In this document: positions 1 through 9,490 of the stretch, piece by piece
Position numbering within the stretch: position 1 is the stretch's first letter
Layout: each line of letters begins with the position of its first letter
Assembly (NCBI RefSeq): GCF_000150275.1
Contig: NW_002060985.1
Location: forward strand, 89,502 to 123,068
DNA length: 33,567 nucleotides
Origin: Trichoplax adhaerens
Lineage: Eukaryota; Animalia; Placozoa
Direction of reading: 5' to 3'
Translations under genes and position numbers: made by a program
Notes under the pieces: model-generated
What the model saw: only the letters and a program-made list of their open reading frames with translations
Database searches by the model: none
Told to the model about the DNA's origin: nothing

Positions 1-2
1 AC

Positions 3-565
3 ATTTCTGAGCACTTTATACTCAAATTCATTGTAAAACTGGAAATTGCCTCCAAAATTGTAGAAAACGAAGAGAGTGCACCACTAGGCAAAACAGGAAA
101 AGGTGTGAAAGTTGCTACCAATATCTTGGGGAGCGCGGCTTCAGATACAGCAACGGCAGTCACAGGCGGAGTATCAAGCGTTTTTAGATGTTCTGCTACT
201 GCAAACATCATAATACAGTTGTTGGGCGATGGTATTGAATGGTATCTCCAAAAATACGATAGAAAGAAATTGAAAGAACTTATTGACAAAATAGCACCCG
301 ATAATGACGATACCACATTGGCAATCTCAATGATGGCTTTGGAAATCTTGTTAATGTTTGAACAACAAATATCTTATATCTCCGATGAAATCAATTATCA
401 TTATATTAAAAAATTGGCTGATGACATGACTGATGCTATTATTAAAGCCTTTGCGAACGAAGAAACTACATCGTCAAGCAATTCAAAGCCAGTTGATCTA
501 GCTGAGTTTGCTATCAAGACTATTGCCAGTCCTACTTTTAGCAAGAAACACATGACTTCTTACCT
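3..565 (+). CDS. Uncharacterised gene A, first coding exon (5'-partial; N-terminus visible in the copy at 24259-24453)
   Basis: Frame is open from base 3 (HFILKFIVKLEIASKIVENEESAPLGKTGKGVKVATNILG...) to donor CT|GTATGT at 566. Its phase 2 matches acceptor CGTAG|G at 1800. Confidence 0.75.
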
Positions 566-983
566 GTATGTATGAACAGATTTTCTTTCCAAGTGTATCG
601 CTAATTATTTACGCAACAAGGCGGTTTGAATTTCTAAATTCATATCGTAGAAATTCTGCACGATATCTATTTTAAATTTTCGTACATGTTTGACTTGGAT
701 TATCTTTGCTTATTACTCTCAATATGAACTTTTCTAACATTATTTTAGTAGTGAGTAATCTAGTAAGGGAATGTTTTTGATTCACATTAGTTACTATAAA
801 AAAAGGCAATGGAGTTCTTATCGTCACTATGTCAAGCGTACTGTAGTCCCGCTGTGAGTGCTTGCTTAACCCTAATGTAACCCTCGTCGCTTAACACATC
901 GTTCAAGAGCATAGTTGCCATGATGGCATTGTAAAGGATCATTAAACTTAGCCAGTATTACTGCCGCCAACTTTGATATTTAC

Positions 984-1343
984 TGGAAATAGCTTAAACA
1001 CTGATGCACATCTGTTAGAGTCTGCATATATTCCAAACTTTATGCCAATTGAAAGGTGTACGATATTGCACTATAGCAAGGATAATCTGTTTTTACCCTC
1101 TTGTCCAAATTTCCGGTTTACATAACAATTTTTCCATCACTCAGGGGCATATATCAGTTTACTTACGGTATTGCTTTGATGGAATATCTTAATTTTCAAG
1201 TGGTATAAAGTTCGGATATAAACTCGTACAGTGGTGCATCATTAATTAAACCATTTACCCTAAGTTCAGCACTATTGGTTTTAAAATTAGCTGGGCCGAA
1301 TACTGCGAGATACGTTTTTATTAGTTGAATTGCTTCGGTAATC
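984..1343 (-). pseudogene. Two decayed antisense exons (1343-1167, 1070-984) nested in the intron of gene A; helical, possibly TPR-like
   Basis: Minus strand: TTCTTATAG|177 nt|GTAAGT, then a 96-nt intron, then TTGCTATAG|87 nt|GTAAAT. Both exons are multiples of 3 and phase-compatible, with one in-frame stop each. Confidence 0.35.
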
Positions 1344-1800
1344 CTATAAGAAATGATTGGTAACCTAATTCATGAAAATTAGAAATACTTTTTATTTAGA
1401 ATTAAAATATATTAATCGCTAAATGTAACCTGAATATAGCTGATTGAATATCTGCAAGGTCCCTTGTGTACTTACATGCAAATATGAGTAAAGCATTTTC
1501 CATCCACGGTCTTTTAATGGTGATGGGTAATTTATTATATTATCAACATGCGCAGGCTTTTATAACCTATCAGCTGCTATCAGCTGTCTTGTAACTTATG
1601 ATTATGCAATTTAATCTACATTTGTGAATATAACATCTTGCATTAATATACGTAGTTTTGTAGAGTACTTTGCTTCATGTTGGGTAGCATTCGCTATAAA
1701 AATGGACTTAGTGGTCTAGAATGTCGTTCTCTTCACATTTCTATAATGGATTAAGAATTTGCTGAACACAAAATGAACATATGCAATATTCGTATCGTAG

Positions 1801-2671
1801 GTCAAAAGGTACTGGAAGTGAATTAAAAGTTTTACCAGAAAAGAAAAAGATCAGAGCCTCCGAGTTATTAAAAAATATTGGCATTAGGACTGTCGAGGAC
1901 AACACAGTAAAGTACTACAAATTGAAGGGGGAAAAAAGCGACATTTGTGAATATGGCTTCCGCCAAAAATCATTCCTTGAGGGCTCTGGCTCAATCAATA
2001 AAAAATCTTACGAGCTTTTGGATTCATCTGCTATTAAAAAAAACTTCAAATATCAGACCCAATTGGGCAAAGTTGAAAATGTTGAAGATCTAAAACACTA
2101 TGCTCAAAATATATTAAATGAGGTCTTAGTAGACGAAAAGTCATTGATAGTAACGATGCTTGAGAAAATAAAGGGAGACGTACATAGTTTTAATAGTTCA
2201 AATGACAGTGTAAAACAACTAGTCCAAGAGAACATTGAAAAATTTTTAGAAACTTTAAATGTCTCCGATTTTAAAAACTGCAGTAAAGACATAAAGGAAT
2301 TAATGCCAATGATGAAAGAAAATACGGAAAAAATTAATTTACTATTGTATCATTTAGCTGAACAAAATGGCAAACTGTTCGATCCAAATCAAAATGTTAG
2401 AAATCTAGAAAGTAAAAATAACGGAACTAAAAGGACAGATAAAAAAACAGAGGACAATACTGAAAATACTGAAATGATACGTAGCCAAAATCAACAGAAC
2501 GGTTATACATCGGACGAATTGAAAAATAAAAATAAAGAATCTGATGAAAAGCAAAGCTCAAAGCCAACAGCTGCAGCGACCTCTCAAGGTAAAAGGAAGG
2601 GTAAAATTGATGCATTCAATTGTATATGCAATCAGAATCAAAATAATGATTCTACCATGATACCAAAATAA
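1801..2671 (+). CDS. Uncharacterised gene A, terminal coding exon (globular segment, coiled-coil-like region, hydrophilic low-complexity tail)
   Basis: 290 open codons after acceptor AG 1799-1800. The splice gives ...HMTSYL-SKGTGSELKV...; stop TAA at 2669-2671. Confidence 0.75.
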
Positions 2672-4715
2672 TGATGCTACCATGATCTCAGTAATGCCAG
2701 CGATAGTTTTGTTCAGTAATTACCATCTGTGATTTTAGTCTGTTGCAATTAGTATCGTAAGGGATGTTACGAATGCCCATTGCCCAATTGCCCTTAGTTA
2801 TGGGCTACTAGAAAAAATACCTGGACTGGACACTCCTTTGGACGGACAGACATTTGGCCTATTTTGGTCATACTTTAGTATGCAGACAGTCGATTCTGAA
2901 CTGACTAATATTTTCGAAATTAAGTTGTGCCTGTTACAGCACTAAGCTCTGCTTTAGATGATGAATGTTATTCAACGGTTTCATCGGTACTGTAGAATGA
3001 GGGGAAAAATGATAGGCCTGCACATTATTTTGCACTGACGGCTGCTTTGCGTCCCTCTTTCTTTCCTTTTCATGCAGTAGTCCCTGGTGCAGTCCAAGGT
3101 GTTTTTTCTGGGAGTCCATGCTAATTGAAGCCAGTATACATTCCAGTACTGATGATCATTCATACCGGTTGTGCTGTTGCGGATTATATTATTCTGCAGA
3201 GGAATAGTCTTCGTCTTTCGTAGGCTTGCTACATTCTCCAAAGCTAAGCAGTCTTAGTGTCAATATTATGATTTGAGTGAAAGGATAAAATTGGATTCTC
3301 TTCTTTAAAGTTATCACACACCAGTAAGCAATAGATTATATAAATGGTTATTTATATTTGAAAGTAGTCCAGATCTAAAACGATCTATATTGGAAGGAAA
3401 ATTATTGTATGATAGCCCCTCAATACCGTAATAATCTTACATAATGATTTATATATAATGAATTAATTAAACGAATAATTATGTACATTAAATCGATCAT
3501 TCCATGGTGGCTCTATTCTGTTAGTCACTAGAAGTAAATGCAATGATATAGGGTAGCCTCCTTATTTTTGTAGTACTGAGGAATATTGAAATAGAAGATT
3601 GTTCCTACTGAAGCCTTGCCTTCACACTACTACTACTGTGGTGTAATTTATAAAACTGCATGTTATATGCACCAATTAATTATTTGCAGTGGTGTTGCTG
3701 TCCGATTTTAATATCAATTTTTATTCTAAATGAGCTTTATTTAACACAAATGCTGATTGCCTTTCGAGGTTATGTTCTTCTGAAGATGTTTGATTGATTT
3801 TGTTCCTTTTTGATATGCATATTAACTGTTAATAGTCATAGTAGCTAGAATGTCAGCATACATGGATTGAGTTACAATCTAACGATAGGGGTGCGTTAGG
3901 ATACTTATATTATTGTGCTCAGTTAACTATTCGTTGTTGTTTGTCGTAAGCACCAATTCGTAATCTGGGCAAAGCTTAATATTTGAATATAGCTGCACGT
4001 TGCCTGACTGTTATGAGACTGCACTATAATTATGCAAATAAGAAGGGCAGTAATGATCACAATAGTAAAATAAGCACAAATAGGTGAGATTGAAATAAAA
4101 TCGGACACCTTCAAAATAGGAAGCGTGTAGAGTGTTTTAGTGTGGTCGCAACAAGTGGTACCTAGTTCTATTAATTGTAATGTCATTGCATTGAATCTGT
4201 GGGAGCCTTCTGTTTTTGTACAATATCTCTTGTGATAGAGTAAATCTTGTCTGATTTTAGCAGTGCCAACAAATGTTATTAAAACTTTACGCTCCAAAAC
4301 GATTGATTAAGCTTAATGTAACTGTAGTGTATTTAGTTTCACTGTAGTTCTTAGACATGTTCGTAAATATATATATGTTCGTTAATTCGTATCCGGTAAA
4401 TAAGCTGCTCCCATTTTATCTTTAATTTGATCTTGGATATTTCCATATAAGATTAGTGATTCATTAGTTCATCTTTTGCCCTGACCTTTGCCTATTTGAT
4501 AGTTTTTACAAAATCAAGCATACAAAACGTAGCCAAAAATCTGAACTTTGATCTCATTACAAACTAGGATCGTCTTAGCTAGGATTAAACCTTTTCTGCC
4601 TTTACCTGTTCTTTTGCAGCGCTGTACAGTACTTTGTTTTAAAGTAATATTGATCCAATGTCACATTTCTTCTCAAATAATTTTTCAAGCAGAGTTGACA
4701 AAAGTATTTCAAAAA

Positions 4716-5028
4716 ATGGTTATGAGCAAATGCCTCACCTATGTCATCGATAAGGGAGATCAACAGATCTTGAGTGATGTCCCTTTGGTGGATATTGTAC
4801 ACGATTTACAAAGTATTGGGTTAATATCTGATGACGAAGCTAATAAACTTAAAGATGTTCGCCTGAGTAATAACGAGAGAATCCTTCAATTTATTAAAAT
4901 ACTAAAATCAAGACGCGATGACAACTATTTTCAGTTTTGCTGCACACTAAAGGATAGCCAAGTTACAAATAATCAAAATCCTGCTAGAAAATTCGAGATA
5001 AAAGCTAACACCTCGAGGAACGGACGCG
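4716..5028 (+). CDS. CARD-Roc-COR protein copy 1, CARD (death-fold) exon
   Basis: ATG at 4716 (aaaATGG). ILSDVPLVDIVHDLQSIGLISDDEANKL...SNNERILQFIKILKSRRDDNYFQFCCTLKD follows the CARD helix pattern. Phase-1 donor G|GTAACA at 5029; upstream non-coding acceptor TTCTTTTGCAG at 4619. Confidence 0.8.
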
Positions 5029-5480
5029 GTAACAAAACTTGTTTTAAACAAATATTGTTGATTAATGTATAATTCTTTTCGTTTATTATATTACAAAATA
5101 AAGTTTGTAATATATTTTTTCACCGTAATTAATTGTTGGCGATGAGAATATTACATAATGTTCTCCTTATTCGCATTAAATGAAAGATCAATAATCCTAG
5201 TTATAAAATATTATTAAACTGTTACCATTGGAGTCATTATTTTATCAAGTAGTTAAATAGCCATAGATAAGGTTGTACAGTTGTTAGGATTGGCGATAGC
5301 CTTAATTCGTACCGTTATCTTATGTCTTTAGATTTAAACTGAGATAATTTTAAATGCCTAGTAGGGTAGATTTACAGATTGGATTATTTCGTAGAATACT
5401 ATAGATGAAGTTAATTAAAAATGAAGCATGATAATTTATTCGTTCTTTATTCAAAATTTAATATTCATATTTATCCTAAG

Positions 5481-7553
5481 AAAAAGAATATAAGGAAGCC
5501 TATGTTGAAGCTAGAAGATACGTATCCTGTCGTAATGAAATTATTAGGATCATAATTACCGGTCCGCAAAATGTTGGAAAATCATGTCTTATTCAAGCTT
5601 TTATACAACAAGGCTTCATTCATGCAGTTGAAGCGACAACAGCAGAAGTAATCACAAAAGAACTTGTCAAATTGGTCACTTATAACATGGATGATAAATC
5701 AGTTGATGATTTTAAAGCAGTTCTAGCTAGAAAAGTCATTACAGCGATCGGAGATGTTAAACTCCTAAAACGAGAAGAGGAATCACATTCTGATTCCAGC
5801 TCGAATAATATTGAATCCTCGACACCATCGCCATCAACTCAATTAGATAGTACTGCTTCTACAAGCAATCTCGTCGAGACCAGTCCTCAGACTACACAGG
5901 CTGATGAAGACATGATTCCACTAGATTTTCTTAAGAATTACTTTCGAGGAAGCTCTGAATCAGATAGAGCTTCAGTAATAGATCACAGCCATTACGATAA
6001 ACTATGGGACGTTGCTTGTCATTCCATTTATCACATAACTCATCAGCCATTCCTATCGCACAATTACATTTATCTTCTCGTCCTAGATATGTCTCAAGAT
6101 ATGAACAATCATGTCGTTAATCAAGAAGGCGAGAACACCGAAATGACATACTTGGAAGCCGTACAAGAATGGCTTGCTTCAATTATCGGTAGTAGTAAAA
6201 GTATTGCTAAGACAAAGGCCAAAATTAATGGTGTTTCAGAAGATATCGTATGGCCTATAGTTATTTTAGTCGGGACACACGCTGATAAATTAGGTGATGA
6301 AAAGGCCTGTCAAGAAAGATTTAAGATATTTGAAAATACTATTCTTCAAGAATTTCCTTTTTATAGTGATCACATATATGGATCTAGAATTATATTTAAC
6401 TGTAATCACAAGGATAACAGTGAAGAAACGCGATCGCAGCGTCAAAAAAATTGTACAAAATTACATAATATTCTATGGGACTTTGTTGATCATCAACCCT
6501 CCATTGATCCTTTATCTAAAATTTCACATAAATGGTATATTATGGCAGCTATATTGCAGGCATTTCCTACAAAGTTAAATCAGAGCGTTAGCAGAATTAT
6601 GACAGCTGAAGAAATCAAGCTATTAGCCGAAGAGTACAAATTATGCGACGGCACTGAAGATGTTCATCAAATGTTACGCTGTCTTCATGATCTAAGAGAA
6701 ATCGTTTATTGCCAAAATGAACCTGTCCAAGGAGAAGTTGTTACTCAAGTTGAATGGCTATTAGATGTATTTCGTTCTATTATTCAGTTACATAAACCTG
6801 ATAGTAAAATGCTGACAAGAAAGAAAGAATATATAGAAGCTGGAAAGATAGGAATCATGTCGCAAAACTATATTAATTCTAAATTCGATAAGCTCAAAGT
6901 AGAAGAAAAGGAAAGAAAATTTTTATTAGATTTAATGGAATCTTATGGCATTATTTGCAAGGTCAGGAAAGAAGATGATGATAGTACTGATCAGTATTTC
7001 GTGCCCTATTTACTTCGTTCAAATAGCCAAGAGCTTGATTGCAAAGGATTTAAAGAGTCAGGATGGCTTTACGTTGGATTTAAGCCATCACAAATGCCTA
7101 ATATTCCTGATGGCATTTTATTTTGTTTACTTGTATCTTGCTATAAAGAATGGAAAAAGTTAAAGATTGAGCTACGTTACAAGTGTGAAAAATATCGGCT
7201 GAAAGAAGATTGTTATGATATTGTAGTTAAAAAAGAGAGTTCCTATATTGGTATCCAATATCGCTATCGAATGGTACCAAATAAACCACAAATACAGAAA
7301 ACAATAGAAGCAAAGGTGAAAAAATTCATAAATGAGAAGCCATATGAATTTCTTCGGAATAAACTAGCATCCCTGATTAAAGAAAGGATGCCAGGATGCA
7401 CAAAATCAGATTGTTCATACTTTATAAAATGTCCTAGCTGTAATCGCTTTAATCCTGTTTCTGATCCTCTCGATGGCAGCTCCAATGTGATATTTTGCGA
7501 TTGCAGCGATACTTCTGAATCCGGATCTATCCATAAGTGGGTTATGTCATCCG
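5481..7553 (+). CDS. CARD-Roc-COR protein copy 1, Roc GTPase + COR exon (G3 degenerate)
   Basis: Phase-1 acceptor TTATCCTAAG at 5480. The frame extends upstream of the listed ORF: EKEYKEAYVEARRYVSCRNEIIRIIITGPQNVGKS (P-loop). G3 WDVACH, G4 VGTHAD, COR motifs LHDLREIVY, VEWLLDVFRSII, YFVPYLL; C-terminal CPSC...CDC. Donor G|GTAAGC at 7554. Confidence 0.9.
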
Positions 7554-7650
7554 GTAAGCTAATTAGTGATAAACTCGAGTCCTTGCTGGATTAATTTTGA
7601 TAAACATTAGTTAATTCGCAATTCTGGGATTTTGGTTTATATTCTTGTAG

Positions 7651-7709
7651 TACTTGACATAGATGAGCTATTAGATTTACAGAACCAATTTTGCTTTCGT
7701 ATTTACTAG
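7651..7709 (+). CDS. Candidate third exon of Roco copy 1 (VLDIDELLDLQNQFCFRIY*)
   Basis: 97-nt intron 7554-7650 ending TATTCTTGTAG. The phase-1 frame is open to TAG 7707-7709 in both paralogues. Confidence 0.5.
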
Positions 7710-7728
7710 CAAATTGATTATTTCTTAC

Positions 7729-7907
7729 ATTGAGTTATACATCAGTTCCCCCATTTTCTTTACGTGTATAATATCAATAAATATTAAGTCTGTAAGAAAT
7801 TCGTAGTCTAGCCCACTGTAGGCTAAAAAGTCTAATTTATTTCTGTATAGATGACTTAAAGTACTAACTATAATAGCTTTATCGTTTACTGATTCCATTC
7901 CTTCCAT
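7729..7907 (-). pseudogene. Orphan first exon, possibly the N-terminal half of a death-fold/CARD-like domain
   Basis: aaaATGG start at 7907, ~60 open codons, donor AT|GTAAGA at 7728. The intron runs into the Roco duplication boundary about 20 nt later. LYRNKLDFL...FLTDLIFIDII is weakly CARD-like. Confidence 0.35.
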
Positions 7908-8255
7908 TTTAATATGCGCATTGACTTTAACGTCGTCAATTTAAAGGTTAATGTAAATTCTACTGCTAGCAAGCAAGCGCATATATTTTGAAGTAAAACA
8001 GCTCTACAGTACCAACACCGATGAAATCGGGCTATATTAGCTCAGAAATGATTTTAGTTTTCTTTCGTATGTATTCAATGTGCCTTTGTACCGCCCAATT
8101 AATGAACTTATTTTAAGACATGCCATTAGATAATTTCTTCAATGCTATGTTTGCTCTTATTAAACATTTATATTTATCCTTGTGACTGCGATAGTAGAAA
8201 ATACAGACGCAAATGGTAGAAATACTCGATACTCGACGAATACGGAAATTTAAGC

Positions 8256-8594
8256 ATGAAAAGATACAAAGACAATTTCGAATACTTCGATCATCTCCCA
8301 TTTACACAATTCTTCAACCATGAAAATCTATGGTCGGACAAGCAGTTAATACTATATAAAAATGGATCTAGTTTGAATATTTATAACCCCCAAACACTAC
8401 AGCTACAAATCACTCTACCATCCCCTCACTTCGATATAGAGGACATGCAATGGAATCTTCAACACTCTCAACTCATCATCAGGGGTAGCGAGGATTACTG
8501 CTTAGTAACCCACGTGAAAAAGATTTGCATGAAATGTAAAGTTAATCTTGTATCTTGTACCCAGTGCAATTTAACGAGAGTGACAATAAACTAA
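8256..8594 (+). pseudogene. ORF fragment with weak WD40/beta-propeller resemblance
   Basis: 112-aa ORF. LNIYNPQTLQLQITLPSPHFDIEDMQWN resembles a WD40 blade junction. The upstream sequence is interrupted by stops and frameshifts. Confidence 0.25.
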
Positions 8595-8599
8595 GTTAA

Positions 8600-9490
8600 C
8601 ATTGCTTCCATAATCAATGAAGATGATTGATGTGTATACTGTCCAAATGGATAAAGTATACCCCCAATGTCAGTAAAACCAATACCCAAAAATAAATAAA
8701 GCAAAGCATGATTAAAAGCAGTGTAGTCTATGTCTAGTCTATGGTCAATGCAATTGCTGAGTTAGTTTAATGTCTATTACAAATCGTAGTCAAAGAGGGA
8801 CTTGAAAGAGAAAAGGAAAAACGTCTCTAACAAAACATTGGTAAAATAGGAGAACATAAAGATCAACATTGGGATGGAGAAAATGGATTGCAGCCTATCT
8901 ATCATTAAGCATCCCATCTAGTCTAAAGCAAATATTGATGACAGTCTTGTAATACTGTAGATGGTGATCTCTTCAGCTCTTAATAAACTAAATTAACATC
9001 ACTTCTATCAATGAAGATGATAGATGTGCGCTCTGTACAGATGGATAAAGTATACCCCTAATGTCAGTAAAACCAATGCCCGAAAATAAATAATGCAAAA
9101 CACCATTGCATATTCGTCCATGGGGAGAATGTAATGGTTGAGTTGGTTCAATTCCAATTATAAATGGTAGTGAAAGAGAGATTTGAAGAGAAAACGAAAA
9201 CATTTGTAAAAAGATGAAGGATTAAGATTGAGGTAAAATAGGATGAGAAAATAAAAATAGGGATAAAGAAAATGATTTGCGAAATTGCAGTCGATCACAA
9301 AGCAAACCCCCAAAAGTCAGTTTAATCAATACCCAAAATAAATCAAAACAAAATTAATAGTATTGCAATCAATGCAATTGTGCAGCTAGTTCAATGTTTA
9401 TTGCAAATTGCAGTAAAAGACGGACTTGAAAGAGAAACAATCTCACCAAGTTCTTGGTCAAAATAACATGAGAAGATAAAATAGTCAATG
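8600..9490 (-). repeat. Three diverged tandem units encoding degenerate hydrophobic peptides on the minus strand
   Basis: Shared blocks ATGGATAAAGTATACCCC.AATGTCAGTAAAACCAAT (~8648, ~9041; degenerate at ~9305) and GA(C/T)TTGAA(A)GAGAAA (~8799, ~9180, ~9423). Confidence 0.7.

Larger units (their letters stand above)
4172..7709 (+). repeat. Segmental duplication, copy 1 (Roco locus); copy 2 at 27825-31394
   Basis: Near-identical sequence from TAATTGTAATGTCATTGC to CGTATTTACTAG in both places, with sharp boundaries. Confidence 0.97.

Noticed and set aside
868-885. TAACCCTAATGTAACCCT telomere-like motif
   Set aside because: Only two non-tandem units; insufficient for an interstitial telomeric repeat.
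2104-2615. Minus-strand ORFs within gene A exon 2
   Set aside because: Antisense shadows with no independent signal.
3923-4297. 124-aa minus-strand ORF
   Set aside because: It straddles the duplication boundary and a dispersed repeat, uses a TTG start, and has no recognisable motif.
4548-4715. 5' extension of the 174-aa ORF upstream of the CARD ATG
   Set aside because: It crosses a strong splice acceptor, and the paralogue has a 5-bp indel and a stop there, so it is intron/5'-UTR.
6294-7485. Short overlapping ORFs (6294, 6945, 7264) and their counterparts (29076, 29943, 30627, 30946; also 4602, 28238)
   Set aside because: Alternate-frame or antisense shadows of the Roco exons; they recur only because the locus is duplicated.
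5481-7553. Calling the Roco genes LRRK2 or DAPK1, or a bacterial defence system
   Set aside because: No LRR, kinase or ankyrin domains are visible, and spliceosomal introns show a eukaryotic gene.
7554-7594. GKLISDKLESLLD* as the true C-terminus
   Set aside because: It begins at a consensus G|GTAAGC donor with a matching acceptor 97 nt later, so it is probably intron read-through.
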